NCBI GenBank assembly: GCA_964390375.1
Contig: CAYMIF010000001.1
Coordinates: 45,460-109,459 of the forward strand
DNA length: 64,000 nt
Reading direction: 5' to 3'
Source of the DNA: an uncultured Methanosarcinales archaeon
GTDB lineage: Archaea; Nanobdellota; Nanobdellia; Woesearchaeales; DSVV01
Shown: positions 46,718-56,854 of the stretch, piece after piece
Position numbering within the stretch: position 1 is the first letter of the stretch
How the letters are laid out: every line of letters starts with the position of its first letter
Notes under the pieces: model-generated
Told to the model about the DNA's origin: nothing
Seen by the model: only the letters and a program-made list of their open reading frames with translations
The model's database searches: none
Made by a program: the position numbers and the translations under genes

Positions 46718-47068
46718 TTATGCTTCAGCTGCCTGAGACTGGTTCAGGATAACATACTCATAGGCCTTGCCCAGAAGTACCTGAACCTTAGGCAGATCAT
46801 TTACTCTCATCGAGTTTGTGCTCTGCCAGACATCGTTCTTGTCCTTGTAGCCGCGCTCCAAGGAGATTGTCCTGTAGGAGACTTCCTCTCCTGTCTTGCT
46901 TTGGCCTGAATTCAGCCATACTGTCGCAGAAATTGCGCCTGCCCTGAATTTCTTTTCAGGGAGATTCTTTGTTTGTTCGTTTTTTTCCATTTTTTTCGCC
47001 CTCTTGCTTATCGCATTTTCTTTCAATCCTGCGGAGTCAAGGAAGGAACTTTGGTTCTCAACTGTCAT
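46718..47068 (-). CDS. hypothetical protein, possibly a PC4-like ssDNA-binding fold
   Basis: KFRAGAISATVWLNSGQSKTGEEVSYRTISLERGYKDKNDVWQSTNSMRVNDLPKV loosely resembles PC4/p15 family proteins. The true start may be the internal Met at about 46990. Confidence 0.3.
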   Translation of the reverse strand: MTVENQSSFLDSAGLKENAISKRAKKMEKNEQTKNLPEKKFRAGAISATVWLNSGQSKTGEEVSYRTISLERGYKDKNDVWQSTNSMRVNDLPKVQVLLGKAYEYVILNQSQAAEA

Positions 47069-47219
47069 CCTCCGCAGGATGAAGGCATTTCACTACATCG
47101 CATAAGCGACTTAGGGTATAGATAGATGCAAGTTGTTTAAATAGCTCACACAGATATGTCCAGTGGGGTTGTGCAAAGGTTTTTTCGAAAACTATATATA
47201 CCCGGCTCTGTTCTATTGA

Positions 47220-47903
47220 TTGGTCATGGAAGCAACGGAAAAAGACGATAAAAAGCTCTCTCGTGATGAGAAGAAAAAACAGGTCGAGGCAATCCTTTTT
47301 GCCTGCGGACAGGAGATCGACATAGACAGGATCGCGATGCTTATGCAGCTTCCGAACAAAAGAGGGCTGAATGATATCATCCTTGAACTAAAAAAAGAGT
47401 ATGATGAACGTGATTCACCCCTTATGATCATATCCGGAGAAGAGGGTATCTGGAAGCTGACTGTGCGGGAGAGATATCTTGGACTTGTGCGGACAATCGC
47501 CCCTCATACTGAACTTTCAAAGACAATCCTTGAGACGCTTGCTGTCATTGCCTGGAAACAGCCTATCCTTCAGAGCGAAGTTATCGGTATCCGGACAAAC
47601 AAGGCTTATGAACATATCACTGAGCTTGAGAAGATGGGTTTCATCGTCAAGGAAAAGCACGGCAGGACATACATGGTCAAGCTGTCGCAGAAATTCTTCG
47701 AGTATTTTGATATAGACGATGAAGCGAAACTGCGCGGGATATTCGCAGGAGTCAAGGACAAGGGCGAGTTTCAGCAGAAGATGGCGGAGTTTGTGAGCAG
47801 CCTTGGTCAGGACCTGCCGCTTCTTATGGACCGCAGCCAGGTTGCTTCTGAGATATCCAAAGATGAGGATGTTTCTCCTGAGATTTCTGATGAAAAAGCA
47901 TGA
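47220..47903 (+). CDS. scpB: segregation and condensation protein B (ScpB)
   Basis: EAILFACGQEIDIDRIAMLM and TILETLAVIAWKQPILQSEVIGIR match the tandem winged-helix ScpB signature. Confidence 0.8.
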   Translation: MVMEATEKDDKKLSRDEKKKQVEAILFACGQEIDIDRIAMLMQLPNKRGLNDIILELKKEYDERDSPLMIISGEEGIWKLTVRERYLGLVRTIAPHTELSKTILETLAVIAWKQPILQSEVIGIRTNKAYEHITELEKMGFIVKEKHGRTYMVKLSQKFFEYFDIDDEAKLRGIFAGVKDKGEFQQKMAEFVSSLGQDLPLLMDRSQVASEISKDEDVSPEISDEKA

Positions 47904-47923
47904 TTGCGTTTTAGAAAAAAAAG

Positions 47924-48046
47924 GGCTATTATGAAATCCTAGCCTACTTCACCGATGTTTCACATCGGTTCCGCCTGACCCCGAGAATATTTACTAATGT
48001 AAATATTCTCTCTCATGGCACAGACGGCTAGAATTTCGCAATAGCC
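47924..48046 (+). mobile_element. 123-bp MITE-like element, variant 1
   Basis: Termini GGCTATTATGAAATCCTAGCC...GCTAGAATTTCGCAATAGCC. It is flanked by A-rich direct repeats AAAAAAAAG (47915-47923) and A9G (48047-48056). Confidence 0.6.
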
Positions 48047-48094
48047 AAAAAAAAAGCAAATATTTATAATCCCTGAGTCTTCAGAAAAATTATC

Positions 48095-48613
48095 ATGCCT
48101 CTTGCAGTAACCCATGTACTCCTGACGATTATCTGCGTTGACCTGTATCGGGACTATATCCTCAAGAGCAGGAAATATTTCACACTGCATACTGTCTTTA
48201 TCGCTGGTTTTGCAGGGCTTCTGCCGGACATTGACATGGTGTTTCGGATATTTGCCAAGGCTTTTGAAATCAGCCTTCCTGCTCTTCTGGACCATAAGGG
48301 AATCACCCACACCCTTTTGTTCGGGCTGCTGTTCTTGATTCCTGGTCTGGTGCTGTGGCGGATGAAGAAGAAAAAGTTCGCTGTCTACTGCTTTGTGGCT
48401 GTTTTTGGGATACTGTTCCATGTACTTCTGGACTTCCTGCTGGCAAGTGACTATTCTGCCGGAATTATGCTTTTGTTTCCGTTCAGCATGCAGACATGGA
48501 AACTGGGACTGCTCCCTATGGATTCTACACTATATGCTGCAATAGATGCAGTGATACTGCTGGGGTGGCTCTGGCATGAGGAGATGAAGCATAAGATCAT
48601 TGACTACATATGA
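48095..48613 (+). CDS. membrane-bound metal-dependent hydrolase (DUF457/YdjM-like)
   Basis: The N-terminus MPLAVTHVLL and conserved His residues in TM segments (HKGITHTLLFG, LFHVLLDF) fit the family. Confidence 0.55.
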   Translation: MPLAVTHVLLTIICVDLYRDYILKSRKYFTLHTVFIAGFAGLLPDIDMVFRIFAKAFEISLPALLDHKGITHTLLFGLLFLIPGLVLWRMKKKKFAVYCFVAVFGILFHVLLDFLLASDYSAGIMLLFPFSMQTWKLGLLPMDSTLYAAIDAVILLGWLWHEEMKHKIIDYI

Positions 48614-48685
48614 TTATTTTATGATAATGAGGATCGCTTGATTGAGAGTGAATTTTTAAATATCTTCTCCTGTTACCAGGATAAA

Positions 48686-49213
48686 ATGAGATTGTTCATC
48701 GCAGTCGATCTAGAGCCAGAAAAGGAATATTTTCTTGGGATAAGGGATAAGATTGACAGAAGCTTGTTCTCTGGCTCTTTTCCTAAAACATTCCATATAA
48801 CGCTGAAATTCCTCGGCGAGGTCGATGATGGCGCGCTTGATGAGATAAAGGAAAGACTCTCTTATGTTAGGTTTCGGCCCTTTACTGCCGGGTTCGATTG
48901 TGTCGGTCATTTTCCTGCCGGTCGAGACATCAGGGTGATCTGGTGCGGGATGTCTGATTCCAGAGAAATTACCGAACTGGCAGATAAAGTCGACCAGGCC
49001 CTGGATGATATGTTTGAGCATGATAAGAGATTCCATCCTCATGTCACCCTTGCCAGGGTCAAGAAGGTCAATGACCGGAACGCTCTTCTCGGGAATATCA
49101 AAAATATCAAGTTAGAGAAGAAAAGGGTTGAGGCCAGAAGCATAAAGCTTATCAGAAGCACGCTTCGTCCGCAAGGACCTTCTTATGAGACCTTGCTTGA
49201 GGTCAAGCTTTGA
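48686..49213 (+). CDS. RNA 2',3'-cyclic phosphodiesterase / 2'-5' RNA ligase (LigT/ThpR family)
   Basis: Two H-x-T-x motifs (HITLKF and HVTLAR) in a ~175-aa protein starting MRLFIAVDL. Confidence 0.8.
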   Translation: MRLFIAVDLEPEKEYFLGIRDKIDRSLFSGSFPKTFHITLKFLGEVDDGALDEIKERLSYVRFRPFTAGFDCVGHFPAGRDIRVIWCGMSDSREITELADKVDQALDDMFEHDKRFHPHVTLARVKKVNDRNALLGNIKNIKLEKKRVEARSIKLIRSTLRPQGPSYETLLEVKL

Positions 49214-49219
49214 GCAATC

Positions 49220-50494
49220 CTATACTACATAAACCTTTTTTGTTTCCTGCTCTCTTTTCCTGGCTTTGTCCATCGCATCTGAGAGCCTTCTTAGCGCCAG
49301 TATCGCTCCGTTGTCGTATGGACTGAAATCCTCAAGCATCTCCGAAGCATCCTGAAGTATCAGAACACCTTGGGCGTCATCAATTCCCTGTATTATCCTC
49401 GGGAAGTCTCCCTGTCCGACAACGCCTCCATGCATACGCTTCTGCACTGTTTTATGTATGTATGATACCACCTGATAAGTCTCCTGATCCGGCTTGTCCT
49501 CTCCAATGCAAAGGCGTTCTATAGTCTTCTGAACATCCCCAGCACTGTAAGGTTCAGCAACCTCTGTCTCAACCATCGGTCTTGGATTACCATGCCCCTG
49601 CCTGTAGGCCCTAAGTGAATATCCGCTGTACCATCGAGTCTCTCCTATCCTGAAAACCTGTACCTTTTCTTTCTTTCCTAGGTTTACTATCCTGAACCTG
49701 CTGATACCAAGATAATCCGAAGCTTCCTTCTGCGTCACTATGTCTGTCAGGACGTATCTTGCCTGAGGGCTGAGATATTTCCGTCCATTGACCTGGACCT
49801 GCTCAAAGTAATCAGGGAATGATCTGACCAGGTGCGCAATCCTCTTTATCATCTGTTCCTCGCTGTGCCTGGTTATCCCAGTAAGGTTGGCAACAGCTTC
49901 CCTTGCGGTCGAGGAGATCGAGTAATACCATGTGCCATTATGCATTATTCTGTTTTCCCTGCTCCAGAGCCTTGATCTAAGTTCATTCTCTCCTATCGGA
50001 CTTATCCAGTATCTCTTGAGCCGAGCTATACTGTCAATCGGATCATCTCCAGCACAATGGTTCGCTATAGTCGAATTGGAAACACAAAGCTCATCAGCTA
50101 ACTGCTCGATGGTCTTCCAGTCTTCGATGACCGGCATGAATTCAGCGATCATCCTGTTCACTGCCGGCTGAAATAACTTCCCTCTTGGACTTTTCAGTCT
50201 CCTGTTCTGTTCGAAGAAATGCTTTATCTGGACATATCTCAAATTCTCGATGAGATCCTCTGCCTGGGCCATGGTCATGCCCTCTCTTGCAGCTTTTGCT
50301 GTCCGCTCGAGCGCCTCCCTTATCCCTGGATTATATCTTTCATATAACTCATGGGCCTCTCTTGCTTTCCTTACTATCTCCGGCGGCCCTTCGTCTGCTT
50401 TTCCCCAGAAGAATGATCTACTGAGCCGAAGCTCTGAATGCCTTGGCCTCTCATGCAGAATCTCATCTATGCTCCTTACGATTCTTACTGCCAT
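49220..50494 (-). CDS. hypothetical protein with HTH-like segments. It looks GC-richer than its surroundings
   Basis: 424-aa ORF with two HTH-like stretches (IEQLADELCVSNSTIANH, EASDYLGISRFRIVNL). A MITE copy lies immediately upstream. Confidence 0.4.
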   Translation of the reverse strand: MAVRIVRSIDEILHERPRHSELRLSRSFFWGKADEGPPEIVRKAREAHELYERYNPGIREALERTAKAAREGMTMAQAEDLIENLRYVQIKHFFEQNRRLKSPRGKLFQPAVNRMIAEFMPVIEDWKTIEQLADELCVSNSTIANHCAGDDPIDSIARLKRYWISPIGENELRSRLWSRENRIMHNGTWYYSISSTAREAVANLTGITRHSEEQMIKRIAHLVRSFPDYFEQVQVNGRKYLSPQARYVLTDIVTQKEASDYLGISRFRIVNLGKKEKVQVFRIGETRWYSGYSLRAYRQGHGNPRPMVETEVAEPYSAGDVQKTIERLCIGEDKPDQETYQVVSYIHKTVQKRMHGGVVGQGDFPRIIQGIDDAQGVLILQDASEMLEDFSPYDNGAILALRRLSDAMDKARKREQETKKVYVV

Positions 50495-50626
50495 GCTTGT
50501 GGGAATCAGGTCATGATATTTATAATTACTACAATATAAGTAGAAATTCGTTGAAAGATAGTGTCAATAGAGATATCATCTTGTTTCTTTTCACATCAAC
50601 CATCAATCGGCAATCTTTGCTTGTCC

Positions 50627-50748
50627 GGCTAATATGAAATCCTATGCGTCTGTGCCACGAGAGAGAATATTTATGAAATAAATATTCTCGGGGCCAGGCG
50701 AAGTTTTTACGCAGTAAAAACGTAGTAGTATAGGATTTCATATTAGCC
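50627..50748 (-). mobile_element. 122-bp MITE-like element, variant 1, reverse orientation
   Basis: It is the reverse complement of the 31206-31327 copy apart from a few substitutions. Flanked by TGCTTGTCC (50618-50626) and TGCTTGTTC (50749-50757), which match at 8 of 9 positions. Confidence 0.65.
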
Positions 50749-50774
50749 TGCTTGTTCACAATGTTTTTATACTG

Positions 50775-51650
50775 TTGCCAAAACACTGTCCTCTTATGGA
50801 ACTGTGGCTTTGGTATTCGGTCCTTGCATTCTTCACTCTTGTTGCGTATTTCTATGTCCTTCGGGTGCTGAAGAAGAGGAGGGTCGACATCAGTGTTATC
50901 CTGTTCTATATCTTCCTGGTCTTTGGAATATCCTGCTTTTTGTACGCTATAATTTACAGCAGCAATCTTTTGGTCAGCTTAAATCTTCTTTTCGTGATAA
51001 TAATCGCTGCGATATTCTCATACATCGGAAACCATTTCAATTTCAGGGCACTTGAGGCAGCTCCCAACCATGGCTACAGCATGGCTGTCACCAACTCATT
51101 CATAATAATCGTCACAATATTCTCAGTATTCTTGTATGGTTCTGAGTTCAATGTGCTGAAACTGATCGGAGTAATAATAACATTCCTTGGCTCGACCGCT
51201 GTCGCATACTCAAGAAAGAAATCTTCTAAAAAAGACAGCAGATGGGTGCTATATTCTCTTGTCACGACAATATTCTTCGCATCGTTCATATTGACTTCGA
51301 AATATCTTCTGATAAATCAAATACCGCCTGAAGTCTATCTCGCCTATGTCTCTGTCATAATCGCTCCGATATTCTTTTTTTCTGCCGGCATAAAAAAGAT
51401 CAGGAAATACAACCAGAAATCCAATCTTGGGCTGTTCCTGCTCGCAGGACTGCTGTCCTTTGTGTTCAATATCGCTGCGCATGTAGGATATGACATCGCA
51501 CCAAATCCAGGATATGTCACTGCGTTTAATTACTCATCTATCATTGTCGTGGCGCTTATCGGACGCATCTTTTTCGGGGACGAGCTGAGCGCAAGCAAAT
51601 CTATCGGGATAGTCTCTGTGATTGCAGGCCTTGTTCTTATGGCACTCTGA
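50775..51650 (+). CDS. EamA/DMT-superfamily transporter
   Basis: 10 predicted TM helices in two 5-TM halves. About 290 aa. Confidence 0.55.
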   Translation: MPKHCPLMELWLWYSVLAFFTLVAYFYVLRVLKKRRVDISVILFYIFLVFGISCFLYAIIYSSNLLVSLNLLFVIIIAAIFSYIGNHFNFRALEAAPNHGYSMAVTNSFIIIVTIFSVFLYGSEFNVLKLIGVIITFLGSTAVAYSRKKSSKKDSRWVLYSLVTTIFFASFILTSKYLLINQIPPEVYLAYVSVIIAPIFFFSAGIKKIRKYNQKSNLGLFLLAGLLSFVFNIAAHVGYDIAPNPGYVTAFNYSSIIVVALIGRIFFGDELSASKSIGIVSVIAGLVLMAL

Positions 51651-51778
51651 GACATTTAGTGGTCAACCCGACATAATGTTTATAAACCTGCATTAAGTCT
51701 ATACTAATGCTCTGAGAAATTTAGTCTCATTTGCCAGGCAAGGATTGTTTTTTAATATAAACATGGAGATGGTTTCTT

Positions 51779-51928
51779 ATGCAGATGTTTTTGTTGGAAT
51801 GCCCAAAGTGCAAACAGAGGATGAAATACCATACGCAGGAACGGATGCTCTCTAAAAAGAGGAAGAGGTGCGTCTACTGCGGCAGAAGCTTTATCGCAAA
51901 GGAGCATATTGTACAGAAGATCCTGTGA
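51779..51928 (+). CDS. possible small Zn-ribbon protein (49 aa), not in the supplied ORF track
   Basis: Manual translation MQMFLLECPKCKQRMKYHTQERMLSKKRKRCVYCGRSFIAKEHIVQKIL contains a CPKC...CVYCG ribbon. It overlaps the 3' end of the convergent gene by about 38 nt. Confidence 0.25.
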   Translation: MQMFLLECPKCKQRMKYHTQERMLSKKRKRCVYCGRSFIAKEHIVQKIL

Positions 51929-53219
51929 GATAGTGAGGCACTGCGCTTGGTCGGAATCCTTGGTCTGTGGCTGTTCTGAAAAGGGATAGGGCCTGTCTCT
52001 TTGCAGTCTCAGCCTGTTCTTTCCATTTCTCTCCTTCATAGACCGGCTTTTGCGTGTCATCTACCTGTATCTCAAGAAGGATGTCCCCTATATCGTGCCT
52101 TTCCATGATACTCCATGCCAACGCATAGATCGGCTCGAGCTTGCGGGACAATCCAATCACTAACTCCGGGTCCTTGACATATCTTTGCTGTATCCCTGGC
52201 ATGTGGGAGCCTATCGTCAGTATCTCATGCTCTGAGTCAATCACATACCTGAGGCCCTGGTATACCTGGAAGCCCGGAGTCAATTCAGTGATATTTGAAC
52301 CATCCAACTTCTCTGCTTCCTTATCCAAAAATAGCTGTTTTGCATATACAAGCGGCTCGCCTTTCCTTATCGCAAAGCCGAAATTTTCAAGGAAATACTG
52401 TTCCTTTGCAGTGAGATTTTTGTAATCGAACAGAACGTCGTTATCATCGTGAGTCAGACCGCAATGCACCATGGATTCCTTCTGCTCATCAGTCAGGTCC
52501 CCGTATCTGAGGACTCCTTGTCCTGCGATCTCAAGATTGAATATGTTTCCCCACTGAACTGTCTGGCACAGATGCTCAAGATCAAGGTCAAGGCCAACAC
52601 CTGGCAGTGCACCAAGAACAGCATTTATCTCATCAGCGCTTGAGAAGAACGTGCCGATGAACCTCGGAATCGCAGACCATCTTCCACCCCATCTGGGCTG
52701 GGGATCTGGTTTTAATAATCTGCTGTCAGCAGAATATGAGTAGTTGGGCCGTGGCCTGTTTTCCAGAGAAAGGGAGAGCCCCCTGTTCTGGAGATATCCT
52801 GAAACATGCTTCATGAGTTCGATGTCTGCCAGAAACCTTTCCTCATACTCTTCCATAGTTATCGGGGAGCGCAGAGAGGCTGATTCTTCCTGGGCTGCTA
52901 ATGCAGAAGATAGTTTCGCTCCTATTATCTTAGAATATCTTTCATTGATCCCTATGAGCTTCTCTACTGAACCTATTATCTTTAAATGATCTTCCAATGG
53001 ACGTGCTCCAGTGCATATTCCCATGTCAAAGGATATGCTTTTTGCATGATGTTCTGATGCTATTTTTTCAATAGTGCTGACTTCCTTTCCTTTAAGAGGG
53101 TCTTTGAGGATAATCTTTGGCATGAATCCCAGCACAATCCTGTCTATCATCTGTTGGTATCCTTTGTCTATTCCTGACATGCATGATGAATGGATGCTTA
53201 GACTTTCTATATCTGCCAT
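51891..53219 (-). CDS. hypothetical protein
   Basis: 442-aa ORF with no motif confidently recognised. Confidence 0.4.
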   Translation of the reverse strand: MADIESLSIHSSCMSGIDKGYQQMIDRIVLGFMPKIILKDPLKGKEVSTIEKIASEHHAKSISFDMGICTGARPLEDHLKIIGSVEKLIGINERYSKIIGAKLSSALAAQEESASLRSPITMEEYEERFLADIELMKHVSGYLQNRGLSLSLENRPRPNYSYSADSRLLKPDPQPRWGGRWSAIPRFIGTFFSSADEINAVLGALPGVGLDLDLEHLCQTVQWGNIFNLEIAGQGVLRYGDLTDEQKESMVHCGLTHDDNDVLFDYKNLTAKEQYFLENFGFAIRKGEPLVYAKQLFLDKEAEKLDGSNITELTPGFQVYQGLRYVIDSEHEILTIGSHMPGIQQRYVKDPELVIGLSRKLEPIYALAWSIMERHDIGDILLEIQVDDTQKPVYEGEKWKEQAETAKRQALSLFRTATDQGFRPSAVPHYLTGSSVQYAPLR

Positions 53220-53499
53220 GGGATGGGTCTGAACCCTTTCTTCTTTTATAAATATTGAGGAAATTTCCAGTCGAAAACCAAGCTTGATTCAGGAAATTAG
53301 CCCAAAGACCGGTATTCGACATGCTGAAATGCCCAAATTATGCATCGAGAAAGGCTGTATCCTTGTTTTAGAACCGAAAGCTATTTAAATGAAGCTATAT
53401 TTTAGCACCTATAGAAGAAGAGGTCATACTGTCTTTTATTTAATTCTGTTATTGCAGAGAAGAAGCGGGGGAGACAGATTTTAATATATTTATTCAAAA

Positions 53500-56400
53500 A
53501 TGGCTGAAGAAGACAAGAATGATGATCATGATCTAGAGGATAGTGAAGATATTTCTTCTGATTCTGGTGAATCCCAGCAAAACGGGAATGATGGTTCTGA
53601 TAAGGCTGAAGAGGCTAAAGCAGACGCTTCCGGGACAAGAATCGCAGATGATTCCTCAGGCGATTCTGAAGAAGATGAAACAGATGATGACTCTTCTGAA
53701 CAAGGGGAAAAGAAAGAGAGTTCTGATGCAGATACAGAAGAGGATGGAAAAGAACCTGAAGAAGAAGAGGAAAAAGGCATCCTGCCATGCGTGATAGAAG
53801 ACGAGATGAAAGGCTCTTACATCGATTACGCGATGAGCGTCATCGTCGGAAGAGCGCTTCCGGATATCCGTGACGGGCTAAAACCAGTACATCGTCGTAT
53901 ACTGTTCGCGATGAAGGAACTCGGGCTGTTCCATAACAAGCCTTATCGTAAATGCGCAAGGATCGTGGGAGACGTACTTGGTAAATACCATCCTCATGGT
54001 GATTCTGCAGTATATGAGTCTCTTGTCAGGATGGCACAGAATTTCTCACTTAGGTATCCGCTTGTCCAGGGACAAGGTAATTTCGGCTCCATCGACGGAG
54101 ACAGCGCTGCTGCGATGAGATATACAGAAGCCAGGCTTGCCAAGATCAGCCAGGAGATGCTGGAGGATATAGATAAGGACACAGTGGATTTTGTAGATAA
54201 TTTCGACGGCAGCCTGAAAGAGCCTAGTGTCCTTCCTGCAAGGATCCCTAATCTTCTTATCAACGGCTCTTCTGGAATCGCTGTTGGTATGGCTACCAAT
54301 ATCCCTCCGCATAACCTAAAAGAGGTTAGCATGGGCGTGATGGAGCTTATCGACAATCCGGACATATCTATACGAGAGCTCTGCGAGACAGTGAAAGGCC
54401 CTGACTTCCCGACCGGCGGGATAATATGCGGAAAGAGCGGTATAATGCAGGCATTTGCAACAGGCAACGGCAAGGTCACAGTAAGAGGCAAGGCTGAAAT
54501 CGAGGAGAAGAAGAACAGGAAAGCAATCATCATAACAGAGATCCCTTACATGATCAACAAAAGCTCTCTTATCGAGCAGATTGCAGGGCTTGTTAAAGAC
54601 AAGGTCGTTCCAGATATCTCTGACCTTCGTGACGAGAGCGACAGGGAAGGGATGAGGATAGTGATCGAACTTAAGAAGGATGCCAATGAGGAGATCGTCC
54701 TCAACCAGCTCTACAAGCACTCAAGGCTTCAGAATACTTTCGGGATAAACATGGTGGCACTGGTCGATGACAAGCCCAAGGTCCTGAACCTGAAGGAGAT
54801 GATAGAAAGCTTTGTCGAACATAGGAAGGATGTCATCATAAGAAGGACCAAGTTCACGCTGGACAAGATGCTTGATCGGGCTCATATTCTTGAGGGCCTG
54901 ATAATCGCGCTTGATGATATCGATAAGGTCATCGCCCTCATAAAGGGGTCTGGTTCTGTATCTGATGCCAGGGATGGACTTCAGTCAAACTACAAACTCA
55001 CAGAAAAACAGGCTCAGGCCATACTTGACATGAGGCTGCAGAAGCTGACAAGCCTTGAGCAGGAGAAGCTCAGGCAGGACCTAAAAGAGACACAGGAGAC
55101 TATAAAGGAGCTCCGGGAGATCCTTGATTCAGAATCAAGAGTCATGCAGATCATAAAGGATGAGACGAGCGAGATAATATCCAAGTACTCTGATGAGCGC
55201 AAGACTGAGATAATCGATGCTGAGGAAGATATTGACATAGAGGACCTGATCGAGGACGAGGCTGTTGTTGTCACCATCAGCCATTCCGGATACATAAAGA
55301 GGATGAGCCTTGACAATTACAAGACCCAGAGAAGAGGCGGCAGAGGTATAATCGCGACAAGAGCAAAAGAAGATGATTTTGTCGAGCATATATTCATCGC
55401 GAACACCCATGACCAGATCCTGTTCTTCACGTCCAACGGCAATGTGCAGTGGCTGAAGGTGTACAAGATACCAGACAGCACAAGATATTCTGCTGGAAAG
55501 GCGATCGTGAACCTTCTCCAGCTGAAACCTGGTACAGACATAAATGCCTTTATCCCTATCAAGGAATTCGATGACCAGCATTACCTGCTCATGGCAACCA
55601 AGAACGGTGTTGTCAAGAAGACAAACCTGTCAGCATATTCCAGGCCGAGGGCTGGCGGGATAATCGCCATAAATCTCGATGAGGATGACTGGCTCATCAA
55701 CGTGAAGCTGACCGACGGCAACCAGAATATCATAATCGCATCAAAGAACGGGATGGCTGTAAAATTCCATGAAAAGGATGCACGCCCTGTCGGGCGAACC
55801 TCTCGCGGTGTCAGAGGTATCAGGCTGAAGGGAGATGACGAGGTCATCGGTATGATCCTGGCTGATGATGAGCGGACAATACTTACTGTCACACAGAACG
55901 GTTATGGAAAACGGACGCCTATCTCAGAGTACAGGCTGATCAACAGAGGCGGCTCAGGTGTCAGAAACATCATCTGCTCTGAACGAAATGGGCCTGTCGC
56001 AGCAATCATGTCAATCGACGGCGAAGAGGACATCATGCTTGTCAGCCAGCATGGAATCATGATCAGGATGTCTGCAGAAGGGATCAGCACTATCGGCCGG
56101 AACACGCAGGGAGTGCGGCTTATGAGGCTTTCCAGCCCTGATGACAGGGTTGTGTCTGCTGCAAAGATCGTCAATGAAGACGAGCCGGAAGATATTGAAT
56201 CAAAAGCAAAGGAAGAGATGAAGAAGACCACTGCCTCTTCTCGAACTAATTCTTCTGCGGCAAAGGAAGATGCTGCTGATGCTGCTGATGTTCATGATGA
56301 AGCTGGAGATGAAACTGTTCATGATACAGAAGATAGAGATACAGAAGAAAAGAAGGTCCAGGTAGAGACCGATGATAAAGAGCCAGAGAAGAATGTTGAA

Positions 56401-56733
56401 CAGGATGAGTTGAAAAAAGAATCATCAGATGATGAAAAGGAAGGAAAAACAGAACATGATGCCTCTTCAGATAATGATGAAAAGACCGATGGCTCGGACG
56501 CGGACGCCAATGTGCGAAGAGAGGATGGATCTTCAGAAGAAGAGGCAGATAATGATGATTTCAAACAGACAGAACCAGATGATGAAGAAAAGGATGAGGA
56601 AAAATCATCTGATGCACAAGAGGAGTCCAAAAGACCTCAGACTATAGAAGAAAAAGAAGACAAGAACCCGGAAGAACAAAGAAAACCTTCTTTTTTCGAT
56701 GAGAAAGACGAATCTGACGAAGATTACATATGA
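53500..56733 (+). CDS. gyrA: DNA gyrase subunit A with ~95-aa acidic N-terminal and ~180-aa acidic C-terminal extensions
   Basis: Active-site region [10 protein letters not shown]. GyrA-box-like QRRGGRG. Beta-pinwheel repeats follow. The termini are dominated by D/E/S. Confidence 0.9.
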   Translation: MAEEDKNDDHDLEDSEDISSDSGESQQNGNDGSDKAEEAKADASGTRIADDSSGDSEEDETDDDSSEQGEKKESSDADTEEDGKEPEEEEEKGILPCVIEDEMKGSYIDYAMSVIVGRALPDIRDGLKPVHRRILFAMKELGLFHNKPYRKCARIVGDVLGKYHPHGDSAVYESLVRMAQNFSLRYPLVQGQGNFGSIDGDSAAAMRYTEARLAKISQEMLEDIDKDTVDFVDNFDGSLKEPSVLPARIPNLLINGSSGIAVGMATNIPPHNLKEVSMGVMELIDNPDISIRELCETVKGPDFPTGGIICGKSGIMQAFATGNGKVTVRGKAEIEEKKNRKAIIITEIPYMINKSSLIEQIAGLVKDKVVPDISDLRDESDREGMRIVIELKKDANEEIVLNQLYKHSRLQNTFGINMVALVDDKPKVLNLKEMIESFVEHRKDVIIRRTKFTLDKMLDRAHILEGLIIALDDIDKVIALIKGSGSVSDARDGLQSNYKLTEKQAQAILDMRLQKLTSLEQEKLRQDLKETQETIKELREILDSESRVMQIIKDETSEIISKYSDERKTEIIDAEEDIDIEDLIEDEAVVVTISHSGYIKRMSLDNYKTQRRGGRGIIATRAKEDDFVEHIFIANTHDQILFFTSNGNVQWLKVYKIPDSTRYSAGKAIVNLLQLKPGTDINAFIPIKEFDDQHYLLMATKNGVVKKTNLSAYSRPRAGGIIAINLDEDDWLINVKLTDGNQNIIIASKNGMAVKFHEKDARPVGRTSRGVRGIRLKGDDEVIGMILADDERTILTVTQNGYGKRTPISEYRLINRGGSGVRNIICSERNGPVAAIMSIDGEEDIMLVSQHGIMIRMSAEGISTIGRNTQGVRLMRLSSPDDRVVSAAKIVNEDEPEDIESKAKEEMKKTTASSRTNSSAAKEDAADAADVHDEAGDETVHDTEDRDTEEKKVQVETDDKEPEKNVEQDELKKESSDDEKEGKTEHDASSDNDEKTDGSDADANVRREDGSSEEEADNDDFKQTEPDDEEKDEEKSSDAQEESKRPQTIEEKEDKNPEEQRKPSFFDEKDESDEDYI

Positions 56734-56854
56734 TACGCAGCATAGTCCAGACTAAGTTCTTTATGACATAGTCCAGGCTCTACTGGTTTTAGATTGGGGA
56801 GGTGGTCATATAAATACACCACCATATATTCTATTCCTAGGTTTTTTGTTGTGA

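Noticed and set aside
56734-56854. Direct repeat CATAGTCCAG(A/G)CT in the gyrA/permease convergent spacer as a regulatory site
   Set aside because: Only two short copies are present. The position between convergent 3' ends makes a terminator or a chance repeat more likely. It is not supported well enough to call.
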